Assembly (NCBI RefSeq): GCF_964213995.1
Contig: NW_027590137.1
Location: forward strand, 372,001-436,000
Origin: Mustelus asterias
Taxonomy: Eukaryota
Direction of reading: 5' to 3'
DNA: 64,000 nt
In this document: piece after piece, positions 13,076-25,104 of the stretch
Position numbering within the stretch: position 1 is the first letter of the stretch
How the letters are laid out: the number at the start of each line of letters is the position of its first letter
Position numbers and translations under genes: made by a program
The notes under the pieces: generated by a model
What the model was told of the DNA's origin: nothing
What the model saw: the letters and a program-made list of their open reading frames with translations, nothing else
The model's database searches: none

Positions 13076-13545
13076 CTATAAATATATATACGACAGCTGC
13101 CTCAGGCTTGGCCCACTCTAACACATGCACGAAGCAGGACTGACTATGTGGAAATGCTCAGATTAAAGTTTCCTGCCTTCTCTTCAACAGCGAGTGAAAA
13201 TGTTTATCGGCTTGCAGACCTTCAAAGGAGTCAGTGTCTGCTATTTCAGCATGAACAGGCTAATCTTCACCGACGTAGGCCCCAGAACATTCTGCTTTTC
13301 GGCCTTCACCAGAGGGTGAGCAAGACCAGATTTCTCCATAGCAAATACCAAAGGCGAGATATGGGGATATGCTATGCAAATAAAGGATTAGCAGCAGTCA
13401 ATTTTTCATCGAATGCGAAAGGGCAAAAAGCTCAGATTTAATTGGCAAATATGTCCGTCAATGAAGGATTAGAAACATTCCTGGTTTCTGATTTGCTGTA
13501 ATTGACTATTATTGCCAAGTTATTTTTCTGTAACATCAGAACCAC

Positions 13546-14535
13546 TTGCGGGTGGAGTTTAATTTAGACAAATGCGAGGTGATGCATTTTGATAGATTGA
13601 ACCAGGGCAGGACTTACTCAGTTAATGGTAGGGCGTTGGGGAGAGTTACAGAACAAAGAGATCTTGGGGTACATGTTCATAGCTCCTTGAAAGTTGAGTC
13701 ACAGATGGACAGAGTGGTGAAGAAGGGATTCGGCATGCTTGGTTTCAGCGGTCAGAACACTGAATACAGGAGTTGGGATGTTTTGTTGAAGTTGTACAAG
13801 ACATTGGTAAGGCCACACTTGGAATACTGTGTGTAATTCTGGTCACCCTATTATAGAAAGGATATTATTAAACTAGAAAGAGTGCAGAAAAGATTTACTA
13901 GGATGCGACCAGGACTTGATGGATTGAGTTATAAGGAGAGACTGGATAGACTGGGACTTTTTTCTCTGGAGCGTCGGAGGCTGAGGGTTGATCTTGTAGA
14001 GGTCTATAAAATAATGAGGGGCACAGATCAGCTAGATAGTCAATATCTTTCCCCAAAGGTAGGGGAGTCTAAAACTAGAGGGCATAGGTTTAAGGTGAGA
14101 GGGGAGAGATACAAAAGTGTCCAGAGGGGCAATTTTTTCACACAGAGGGTGGTGAGTGTCTGGAACAAGCTGCCAGACTTAGGAGTAGAGGCCGGTACAA
14201 TTTTGTCTTTTAAAAAGCATTTAGATAGTTACATGGGCACAATGGGCAAAGAGGGATATGGGCCAAATGCGGGCAATTGGGATTAGCTTAGAAGTTTTTT
14301 TAAAAAGGGTGGCATGGACAAGTTGTGATGTGGAGATGCCAGCGTTGGACTGGGGTAAGCACAGTAAGAAGTCTCACAACACCAGGTTAAAGTCCAACAG
14401 GTTTATTTGGTAGCAAATACCAGGTATTTGCTACCAAATAAACCTGTTGGACTTTAACCTGGTGTTGTGAGACTTCTTAATGGACAAGTTGGCCAAAGGA
14501 CCTGTTTCCATGCTGTAAACCTCTATGACTATGAC
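13546..14535 (+). mobile_element. CR1 3' fragment
   Basis: ORFs 13546..13836 and 13882..14286 encode the CR1 C-terminus; (CTATGACT) tail. Confidence 0.85.
14326..14479. mobile_element. Penelope-like mini-insertion forming a perfect 57-bp hairpin
   Basis: Arms 14365-14421 and 14423-14479 with a 1-nt loop; flanking duplication ATGGACAAGTTG (14314-14325, 14480-14491). Confidence 0.75.
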
Positions 14536-15008
14536 TGTGTAAAAAACTTGCCTCAAACATCTCCATTAAACCTCGCCCCTCACACCTTAAACCTATGCCC
14601 CCTAGTAATTGACTCTTCCATCCTGGGAAAAAGCTTCTGACTATCCACTCTGTCCACGCCCCTCATAATCTTGTAGAATTCTATCAGTTCACCCCTCAAC
14701 CTCCGTTGTTCCAGTGAGAACAAACCAAGTTTCTCCAACCTCTCCTCATAGCTAATGTCCTCCACACCAGGCAACATCCTGGTAAATCTTTTCTGTACCC
14801 TCTCCAAAGCCTGCTCCTTTTGAATGGACCTACCTCATATTAAGCTGATCTTTCTCTTCACCCTTTCTGTAACTGAAACACTATATTCTGCACTCTCTCC
14901 TTTCCTACTCCCCTATGTACTCTATGAACAGTATGACTTATCTGTATACCGCGCAAGAAACAATACTTTTCACTGTATCCCAGTACATGTGACAATAAAT
15001 CAAATCAA
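14536..15008. mobile_element. CR1 3' fragment (-, about 14536-14812) followed by a Rex1 3' tail (+)
   Basis: ORF 14580..14807; tail GAAACAATACTTTTCACTGTAT...CATGTGACAATAAATCAAATC is the reverse complement of the Rex1 ends at 7497 and 27493. Confidence 0.7.
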
Positions 15009-15179
15009 ACCCATTGCTGCATTTCCTTCCTGAAGCCACATTTGTCCAGTGGGGCCTGTCCCCGGGAGAAAGCGCTGCAGCTGCCGTTGTGTTGGGTGTT
15101 GAGGCGGTGCCGCTAGTTCCTTATTGGGGGTGTTGAAGCCTCCACTGGGTGTGTGGAGCCTCCCCTCCCACCCACTGCC

Positions 15180-15730
15180 CCTAACGCTGCCTCCGCTTAT
15201 CCGCTTCCTTCCCGCCTGAAGATCAGACAAACAAGCGCCTGTCCCTGGACATGAGCCGCACTGCGCGTGCCCAACGTCACAATGCCCGGGGACTGATTGA
15301 CGGCAGCTCTGGACCAATAGGAAAAGGGGGCGGGGCTGGAGGACCGAGCAGGAGCGGCTGGTCCTCCAACCAGAGTGAATAGGGGAGGGGTCTGAAGCAT
15401 GCGCAGTGCGGGTAATGGCGGCGGACGGACGGTTTTAACTCGGAGCTGAGATCAGTTCAAGGTAGAGAGCGGCGCGCGGAGAGCGATGAATGTGGCGGGT
15501 GGGTGGAGAGGCTTCGTAAACATGTTGTTCAACCCAAACTTCGGAAAATAACTTCTCGGGCGCCCTGTTGGTACCAAATTGGAGGCGCAACTTGTCGTGT
15601 TGGGCCTGGGCTGACGGCCGCCAATCTGTTGGTGGCAATGTCTATCAGTGCGCATGTGCGGCCGGCATCTTTGGAAGGGGCAATGTGCAGCAGGGCGCAG
15701 GTGCGATCGCCATGTTTGTAGGGGGCGCAG
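15180..15730 (-). promoter_or_regulatory. CpG-island promoter module shared by ZNF genes (copy A)
   Basis: GC boxes, CCAAT, NRF1-like GCATGCGCAGTGCG; reverse-complement homolog of 37056-37400 and 56440-56900. Confidence 0.7.
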
Positions 15731-15867
15731 GAGTGTCTACCTTTGTGATGTATGGGACCTGAACCCATTGCCGTCCATGTTGTGCAGGTACATCCACCCT
15801 GCTGATAGGGAGGGAATTCCAGGATTTTGACCCAGCGACTGTGAAGGAACGGCGATATATTTCCAAA

Positions 15868-16637
15868 ATGTGGAGATGCCAGTGTTGGATTGGGGTAAAC
15901 ACAATAAGTCTCACAACACCAAGTTAAAGTCCAACAGGTTTATTTGGTAACAAAAGCCACTAGCTTTCGCAGTGCTGCTCCTTCATCAGGTAAGTGGGAG
16001 TTCTGTTCACAAACAGGGCATATAAAGACACAATTTACAAAATAATGGTTGGAATGCGAGTCTTTACAGGTAGTCAAGTCTTAAAGGTGCAGACAATGTG
16101 AGTGGAGAGAGGGCTAAGCACAGGTTAAAGAGATATGTATTGTCTCCAGCCAGGACAGTTAGTCCTCTTGTGTGCGAACTTGGCTATCAGTCTCTGCTCA
16201 GCGACTCTGTGTTGTCATGTGTCGTGAAGGCCGCCTTGGGGAACGCTTACCAAGCGTTGGAGAATGCTTGGTAAGTTCCACACACATGAGGACGGCCTCA
16301 ACCGGGATCTTGGGTTCATGTCACACTATCTGTAACCCCCACGACTTACCTGGGCTTGCAAAATCACACTAACTGTCCTGTCTGGAGACAATACACATCT
16401 CTTTAACCTGTGCTTAACGCTCTCTCCACTCACATTGTCTGTACCTTTGAGACTTGATTACCTGTAAAGACTTGCATTCCAACCGTTATTTTGTAAATTG
16501 AGTTTGTGTCTTTATATGCCCTGTTTGTGAACACATCTCCCACTCACCTGACGAAGGAGCAGCGAGCGCTCCGAAAGCTAGTGGCTTTTGCTACCAAATA
16601 AACCTGTTGGACTTTAACCTGGTGTTGTGAGACTTTT
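15868..16637. mobile_element. Penelope-like element 3' end with inverted pseudo-LTRs
   Basis: ORF end KFHTHEDGLNRDLGFMSHYL* (+), and QGGLHDT..RVAEQRLIAKF (-). About 15900-16165 is an inverted copy of about 16365-16635. Hammerhead motifs at 15958-15992 (-) and 16545-16583 (+). Confidence 0.8.
16545..16583 (+). ncRNA. Minimal type I hammerhead ribozyme motif
   Basis: CAC-CTGACGA-A-GGAGC(agcgagc)GCTCC-GAAA-GC-TA-GTG: both core boxes, stem I CAC/GTG, stem II GGAGC/GCTCC, and palindromic AGCT in place of stem III. Confidence 0.6.
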
Positions 16638-16639
16638 TA

Positions 16640-18095
16640 CAGGGAGGTCCCAGAGGATTGGAGAATAGCCAATGTTGTTCCTTTGTCTAAGAAGGGTAGC
16701 AAGAATAATCCAGGTAATTACAGGCCAGTGAGCCTTACTTCAGTGATAGGGAAATTATTGGGCAGTATTCTTCGAGACAGGATCTACTCCCACTTGGAAA
16801 TAAGTGGATGTATTAGTGAGAGGCAACATGGTTTTGTGAAGGGGAGGTCATGTCTCACTAACTTGATCGAGTTTTTGGAGGAAGTGACGAAGATGGTTGA
16901 TGAGGGTAGGGCAGTGGATGTTGTCCACATGGACTTCAGTAAGGCCTTTGACAAGGTCCCTCATGGCAGACTTGTGCAGAAGGTGAAGTCGCATGGGATC
17001 AGAGGTGAGCTGGCAAGATGGATACAAAACTGGCTTGGTCAAAGAAGACAGAGGGTAGCAGTGGAAGAGTGCGTTTCTGAATGGAGGGCTGTGACCAGTG
17101 GCGTTCCTCAGGGATCAGTGCTGGGACCTTTGCTGTTTGTAATATATATAAATGATTTGGAGGAAAATGTAACTGGTTTGATAAGTTTGCGGTCGACACA
17201 AAGGTTGGTGGAATTGCGGATAGTGATGAGGACCATCAGGGGATACAGCAGGATATACATCGGTTGGAGACTTGGGCAGAGAGATGGCAGGTGGAGTTTA
17301 ATCTGGACAAATGTGAGGTAATGCATTTTGGAAGGTCTAATAAAGACAGGAAATATACAATAAATGGCAGAAACCATAAGAGTATTGCTAGGCAGAGGGA
17401 TCTGGGTGTACAGGTACACAGGTCACTGAAAGTGGCAATGCAGGTGGAGAAAGTAGTCAAGAAGGCACAGGGCATGCTTGCCTTCATCGGCTGGGGTGTT
17501 GAGTTTAAAAATTGGCAAGTCATGTTGCAGCTTTATGGAACCTTAGTTACACCGCACTTGAAATCTAGTGTTCAATTCTGGTCGCCACGCTACCAGAAAG
17601 ATGTGGCGGCTTTGGAGAGGGTACAGAAAAGATTTACCAGGATGTTGCCTGGTATGGAGGGCATTAGCTATGAGGAGAGGTTGGAGAAACATGGTTTGTT
17701 CTCACTGGAAAGACAGAGGTTGAGGGGCGATCTGATAGAAGTCTACAAGATTAGTAGGGGCATTGACAGAGTGGATAGTTAGTTTCCCAGGGTGGAAGAG
17801 TCAAATTACTCGGGAGCATAGGTTTAAGGTGCGAGGGGCAAGGTTTAAAGGAGATGTACGAGGCAAGTTCTTTTACTCAGAGGGTGGTGGGTGCCTGGAA
17901 CTCGCTGCCAGGGGAGATAGTGGAAGCAGATACGATAGTGACTTTTAAGGGGCATCTGGACAAATACATGAATAGGATGGGAAGAGAGGGATATGACCCC
18001 CAGAAGGGTAGGGGGTTTTAGTTCAGTGAGGCAACATGGTCGGTGCAGGCTTGGAGGGCTGAAGGGCCTATTCCTGTGCTGTAATTTTCTTTGTT
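16640..18095 (+). mobile_element. 5'-truncated CR1, frameshifted
   Basis: ORFs 16683..17321 and 17264..17782 carry RT motifs. Confidence 0.88.
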
Positions 18096-18249
18096 GCTTA
18101 TTTAGAAGTGCATTTGCGATACCAAGACATGCAAGGCAACGGTCCAAGTTCTGGGAAATGGGATTAGAATAGTTTGATGATTTGTCTTTGACCAGCATAG
18201 AAATGATGGGTCGAATGGCCTTTTTCTGTGTTGTATAACTCTATGACTA

Positions 18250-18820
18250 ACAGGAAGAAGAGAGTTGGCATAAATAGGTATTTTTCTAGTTGGCTGGATG
18301 TGATGAGCGGTGTGCCACTGGGTTCAATGCTGGAATCTTTTTACCATTTATTTCAATGACTTGGATGAAGGTACTGAATGTATGGTTGCTAAATTTGCTG
18401 ATGATATAAAATAATTAGTAAAATAAGTTGTGAAGAGGATGTGAGGAGGCTACAAAGGGACATAGGTTAAGTGAGTGGGCAAAGAACTGGCAAATGTAGT
18501 ATAATGTGAGTAAATGCGAAATTGTCCATTTTGGCAGGAAGTATAAATACAAAGAATATTGTCTAAACAGTGAGAGATTTAGAGGGATCTGGGTGTCCTT
18601 GTGCATGAATCAGAAAAGGCAGGTACAGCAAGTAATCAGGAAAGTTAATAGAATGTTATTGTTTATTGTGAGGAGAATTAATTACAAAAGAAGGGATGTT
18701 ATTCTTCGTTTATACAGAACACTGGTGAGGTCACATCTGGAGTATTATTAGTCTCCTTATTTAAGAGAGGATGTAAATGCGTAAGAAATGGTTCGGAGAA
18801 GGTCCACTGGACTAATAGAT
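18250..18820 (+). mobile_element. Degenerate CR1 fragment
   Basis: KFADD and KCEIVHFGRK...RSHLEY remnants. Confidence 0.65.
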
Positions 18821-18822
18821 GG

Positions 18823-19411
18823 TGAAAGGGTTAAAAATCATTCAATGCAGCAAAGTTCCTGGGAAACTGCTGGAGCTGCAAGGCACAGCTGCACAAACAA
18901 TAGACAAGGGGGCTTTGATAGGCCACAAGAGGCTGTAACTACAACATCACTGCTTTCAGATAACAGCCCAAGACTGCAGTGTTTTGATAGAAGTCATATG
19001 TCAGCACTCAGGGTGCCAGATCGTCAAGGACCATAGACATGTGTTTATTGATGATGTAGCTATGTGTACGTGCCCTGTTGATAATTGGATATTTCAATTA
19101 GGCAAGGGGAGAGTTGCTGTAATTGGTTAAACATCACTGTGGGAAACAAATGAAGTAATCAGAACTATTAGTTGTGATTGGATAGTGAGTACCTTTAAAT
19201 CAGTGTACAATTTCAATCTGTGTATGTTAATTACCTGTAGTTGATCCTAAAGGTATAATTGCAATAGTATTCCTTTGTTCTGGCAGTCTGTCGCCATGTG
19301 TGTGGAAACCAGTTTGCCCTGCTTTAACTTGAATAAAGGGCAATTTTAGACTCCGAAAATCTTCATCTGGTCTCTTGGGGGAGCAAAGAGCTGGATAGCT
19401 TATGAAATTCA
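18823..19411 (+). mobile_element. Possible solo LTR
   Basis: Begins TGAAAGGGTTAA, ends AATTCA, has an internal AATAAA; no clear target-site duplication. Confidence 0.3.
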
Positions 19412-21379
19412 CTAGCATGGGGAAAAGGCAGGAGAATGGCACTATGCCTTAATGCTCACTTGGGGAGCAGACACAGACACGATGGGCCAAATGGCCTTCT
19501 GTGCCAAACGTCTGTGAAATTCAGGTCCTGATGAAATGAGTGACTGTCAGATGTTTGATCTGAGTTTTCTATCAGTAAATCCTCCCCTTCTAATCCCCTG
19601 TAAAAAGAGTTGACAGTGTCAGTGTCACTATCAGTGCAGGATAGAAATTCAGAATAGACAATTCCAGTTTCTCTGGAACATTCTTTCCTCTCGTTTCCCC
19701 AAACTTGTGATTAAATCAAACTAATCAGCAACAAACCCCCGATAGAATCTCCCTCTCCAGGGTCACCTGGGCACAGACAAGACCACAGAAGATCTGTCAG
19801 AGTGACTCCCGCCACCCCCTTCAGCCCCACCCACCCTGGATTACTGTTCTAACCAGGGTCTAGAGCAGGTCCAGGAGAAGATCCTCCCACTGACCCATCC
19901 CCTCCACACTTTACGGCCTTCTGGACCCAACATTCAGTCCAACAGTTTCAGAGAGTAAACTCTCAGCCCGTTCTGTTTCTTTTTCTTTGATTGTTTCATT
20001 TTTCTTTCTTTCAGTCGGCAGCCCCCCCTGCTCCAGGCACAGCTTCTGTTTCCCTCTTTCTTCTCTTGCTCCATCTCCATTCCCTTTGGCTCTGGGGGTG
20101 ATTCACTTTTCTCTCATTCAATCTCTCCTGTCTTCCACCCTCTCACAGACCTTCCTTTAGTCCCTGTCCCACCCGCCCCTTTCTTCAAACTTGTTACATT
20201 TCTGGCTTTCCCCAGTTCACAGGAAAGGTCACAGACCTGAAATGTTAACTCTGTTTCTCTCTCTCTGCACAGATGCTGCTGAACCTGCTGAGTTTTGTTC
20301 CAGCATTTTCAGTTTTTAAGGATTTCACCAGAATCACCAAATAGTTTTGATGCAGAAGGAGGCCATTTGGCCCATCATGTGTGCACCAGCTCTCCGAATG
20401 AACAACTCGCCTAATTCCATTCTCCCGCCTTCTCCCTGTAATCCTGCACATTCTTCCTTTTCAGATAACATAGAAACTAGAAGCAGGAGTAGACCATTCA
20501 GCCCTTCGAACCTACTGTGCCATTCAATTTGATCATGGCTGATCATCGAATTCAATATCCTGATCTAACCTCCCCACCCCCCCCCCCGCCCCCGCCCCCC
20601 CGCCACATCCCTTGATGCCTTTGGCCCCGAGAGCTATATCTAATTTCTTCTTGAAATCAGACAACATTTTGGCCTCAACTACATTCTGTGATCAGGAATT
20701 CCACACATTCACCACCCTCTGGGTGAAGAAATTTCTCCTCACCTCAGTCCGAAAAGGTTTACCCCTTGTCATAGAATCATAGAAACCCTACAGTGCAGAA
20801 AGAGGCCATTCGGCCCATCGAGTCTGCACCGACCACAATCCCACCCAAGCCCTACCCCCACATATTTACCCGCTAATCCCTCTAACCTACGCATCTCAGG
20901 ACTCCTAAGGGACAATTTTTAACCTGGCCAATCAACCTATCCCGCACATCTTTGGACTGTGGGAGGAAACCGGAGCACCCGGAGGAAGCCCACGCAGACA
21001 CGAGGAGAATGTGCAATCTCCACACAGACAGTGACCCGAGCCGGGAATCGAACCCGGGACCCTGGAGCTGTGAAGCAGCAGTGCTAACCACTGTGCTACC
21101 GTCCTCAAACTACGACCCCTACGTTTGGACTCCCCCACAATTGGGAACATTCTTAATTCCCTTTTGAATGCATCAACTGAACCTGCCTCCATCACACTCT
21201 CAGGCCGTGTATTCCAAACCCTAATCTGGGATTCGCTCAGTCATACTGTCTCACTGAACATCAACTTGTTCACACTGAAAAGAGTTATTTTAAATGATCT
21301 GAATGTGAGAAGAAAGTTAAAAGCAGATGTGAAGTGCTGAAACACCAATTAATTGACACTGCAGAGGTCATTCACTGGC

Positions 21380-21740
21380 TCCATGTGTGGGAAAGTATTC
21401 ATCCATTCTTCTCACCTGTGTTGACAGCAGCAAGTTCCCAAGTGACTGCAGAGATTGGCTTCAGCTGTCACTGCTGCTTTTAATCATATCCAGGATTGAA
21501 CCATGTTTGTTCAGAGAGTCAAATTTTCTTTCTGATGCGAATCACCACTTTAACTTTGCTACAGTTTAATATTTTGAATAAATGTGAAATAATCCAGCTT
21601 TGTTTTGAGACATTGGTGTAGATTTTGTCTTGCCATCCTGAGTGTTTATCACCTGTCTGGAGCTCAGAAAGACAATCTGCGTGGGGATCATATGGCAAGA
21701 ACAGAACTTCAGCCTGGACACAGTCCAGGATCATGACTAC
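21380..21740 (+). pseudogene. Relic of a ZNF last finger plus 3' UTR/flank
   Basis: TGTGGGAAAG...CAAGTTCCCAAGTGA...TAATCATATCCAGGA, followed by sequence similar to 39325-39480. Confidence 0.6.
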
Positions 21741-23085
21741 CATCCATATCTTGTCCCTGTTGATAAAATCAGGGTCACTGTTTGTGGAGTCTGCATGTTC
21801 TCCCCTTTCCTGCTTGGGTTTCCTCCGGGTGCTCCGGTTTCCTCCCACAGTCCAAAAAGATGTGCTGGTTAGGTGCATTGGCCATGCTAAATTCTCCCTT
21901 AGTGTACCCGAACAGGCGGTGGAGTGTGGTGATTAGGGGATTTTCACAGTAACTTCATTGCGTTTATTCTCCATCCAGTTTACCTGACCTTTTCACTGGC
22001 CTTCATGGTGTGTTTCCTTCCCTCATTTCCAATTTGCTAAGATAAGTTTTGCTTTTCCCCAATCTATCTGGAACATCAAATGTACCTTCCCAATTTGCCA
22101 CCTGGCCTCATTTTATAACAATGTTTTTAACATTACTTCATTTCACATTGAACAGTTAGTGTACTGTGTGGGAGTTTCTCCCTGGAGGTGTTGAGATGGG
22201 CAGGATCCATCTTTTCCACTGTCTGTAGCAGGGAGGATGTGAAGATTTGTTGGAGATTCTGAAGAAACTGGCCATGAGTCTGTAGAGTAATGATGGGGTG
22301 TGGAAGCCTGGTGAGATACACAACCTGGATATAATATCGAGGACTCAAAACAGAAATATACCATGCTATGATCCAACAACAATGTATGTAATCCATGTAA
22401 CTAAAAAAGGTTTTAACCATCTTTGTGATACACATCACATCCTTGTGATAGAAAACCTCATCATGTAGGATGGATGAGTTCTTACTTGCTGTGAGGGATG
22501 AAGGAAAGGCTTTCCTATGGTGTGTGGTATCTTTGGCCATACTCACGTCAGGGTCAGAAGGAAAAAACTTGAAAAACTCTCCATTGTTCCAGAAGATAGC
22601 AGTATTTTCATACCTACACTGCAGAAGGAGGCCATTTAACTCATTGAACCTGCACCGAAACCAGTCAGGTTTAACTGGAATCTGTCGTACTGGTGCCAAC
22701 GATTGTGTTTTGGGTGGATCCTATGGAATCTCCTTTAGAGCAGCTTTCCTGCTGAGTCAGTTTGCCTAGTTATTACCATCACCCTCTTCACTAACTCCTG
22801 CTGCTGATGTACCTTCATCTTACAAATAGCAATTTGTCCTGGACACTTACCAGCAATATCCCCATGCATTCTGAGCTTGGATTGATGAGTGAATGATTTC
22901 CTTTCTACTGTGGAGAAGCCATATTTATTTTGCCAGAGAGATTTTCATAGAGAGAATTACAACCGAATATCTGATGATTCTATTATTAATGGTTTGAAAG
23001 GCTGTGATGACAATGCCCTCAGATTTCTGTGTTAACTGTTGCGGCGGATTTTTAGTAATGATACTACTGTCATAGGGAATCAAGT

Positions 23086-23280
23086 CTCACAACACCAAGT
23101 TAAAGTCTAACAGGTTTATTTGGAATCATGAGCTTTTGGAGTGCTGCTCCTTCATCACTCACCTGATGAAGGAGCAGCGCTCTGGAAGCTCATGATTCCA
23201 AATAAACCTGTTGGACTTTAACCCGGTAGTGTGAGACTTTTTACTGTGCCCACCCCAGTCCAATGCCAGCATCTCCACAT
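23086..23280. mobile_element. Penelope-like palindromic mini-insertion
   Basis: Back-to-back CTGATGAAGGAGCAGC halves; flanking duplication TCATAGGGAATCAAGT (23070-23085, 23280-23295). Confidence 0.75.
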
Positions 23281-24224
23281 CATAGGGAATCAAGTAATAG
23301 ACACAACAAAGTAATAATCACAAATAAAGTAGTAATGACAGAGGAACTACTAATTCTGATTTTTGAACCCAGCCAGTGTCTGCATCTTCTGAGAATGAGA
23401 GTCAGGGGAACTAGAAGGAAAAAACTTGAAAAACTCTCCATTGTTCCAGAAGATAGCAGTATTTTCATACCTACACTGCAGAAGGAGGCCATTTAACTCA
23501 TTGAACCTGCACTGACACCAATCCCAGCCAGGTCCTGTAGGGTGGTGGAGGCAGACACGCTGACATCGTTTAAGACTTACCTGGATAGTCACATGAGCCT
23601 GGGAATGGAGGGATACAAACGATTGGTCTAGTTGGACCAAGGAGCGGCATGGGCTTGGAGGGCCGAAGGGCCTGTTTCCTGTACTGTACTGTTCTTTGTT
23701 GTTCTTTGTCCTACCCTGTGCACGTTACAACTTCTGGTCCCCTGACACGATAGGGCAATTCAGCAGGGCCAATCAGCCTAACTCACACATCTTTGGAGTG
23801 TGGGAGGAAACCGGACGAAACCCACGCAGACACAGGGAAAGCGTGCAAATTCCATACGGACAGTGACACGAGGCCGGAATTGAACCCGGGTGCCTGGTGC
23901 TGTGAGGCAGCAATGCTACCCACTGTGCTCCTGTGCTGCATGCATGGTTTCGAGAAATGGAGCACAGCAGAGTGCCCATTCACAATAGACACATTCACAA
24001 TTCACAGAATTCACAATTTATCTGTATAGCACGTGAGAAACAATATTTTTCACCATATACTAACACGTGACAATACTAAAACCAATAATTTATTTTAATA
24101 TTTTTATTAATTGATCTCAATTAGTAACAAATCCATTTTCTGTTGCTATTTGGTTTTTCAATGGTCCTGTTGTTACCCAGCATTCCCCGTGGGTTTGAAA
24201 GTGCCTGATTTACTTCACAAGAGA

Positions 24225-24630
24225 CCAGGGCGCAGGCTCCATGCTGCATCTAGAGCATGCGCAGTGTCACTTGTTCGGATGCTTGTGTGCGGCAGACGCT
24301 TTTCTTCAGCTGGTGAGAATCAGTGGGGCGGAGGGAGGAATTAGCCGGGAGTCGGGGTGGGGAGGGATCGGAGGCTTCACAAACACTTGCTGAAAGCCGA
24401 AGGCCCGAATAAGACCCCGCGGGTCCCGGGTTTGCTGCTTTGGGGATTTTTTTCTTGGAGCAGGCCCAGGTTAATGGCCGCCATCTTGGTCCAGCAAGGA
24501 GCGGAGCGCATGCGTGGCCCTCTTGGTGACGCAACAGAGAGGGGGCGGGGCTTCGGGGTCCCGGTCCCCAGGAGAGAAAATGATTGTGTGATTGATTGAC
24601 AGGCCCTGGTAAACGGAGCTGCTGCAGAGA
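24225..24630. promoter_or_regulatory. CpG-rich promoter-like island
   Basis: GCATGCGCAGTG, GC boxes, YY1-like GCCGCCATCTTG, GCGCATGCG; partly homologous to the other ZNF promoter modules. Confidence 0.6.
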
Positions 24631-24803
24631 CTGTGTGGACATCCTGAGACCATCAGTGTGTTAGCGTCAGGAGTAGGCCATTCAGCCCATTGACCTTGCT
24701 CTGTCATTCAATAAACTCGTGGCTCATCTGATTAATTCTATTATGCTGACTGCCTCCCTCAGATAAAAAATAGTCTAACTCAGCCTTGAATTTATTAAAT
24801 GAC

Positions 24804-24951
24804 ACCAGGTTAAAGTCCAACAGGTTTATTTGGTAGAAAGAGCCACACCGGGAAGTGGCTTTTGCTACCAAATAAACCTGTTGGACTTAAACCTGGTGTT
24901 GTTAAACTTCTTACTGTGTTTGCCCAAGTCCAATGCCGGCATCTCCACATC
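24804..24951. mobile_element. Penelope-like palindromic mini-insertion
   Basis: Inverted ACACCAGGTT.AAGTCCAACAGGTTTATTTGGTAG arms; flanking duplication TTTATTAAATGAC (24791-24803, 24952-24964). Confidence 0.75.
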
Positions 24952-25104
24952 TTTATTAAATGACCCAGCCTCCAGTGCTTTCTGTGGTAGAGAATTCCAC
25001 AGACCAATGAAATTTCTCCATCTGATTTGATTTAAGAACATAAGAAATAGGAGCAGGAGTAGGCCATCTAGCCCCTCGAGCCTGCCCCGCCATTCAACAA
25101 GACC

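Noticed and set aside
14326-14479. Palindromic repeats as CRISPR repeats or microRNA hairpins
   Set aside because: Eukaryotic DNA, no spacer array; arms match Penelope-like termini and have flanking duplications.
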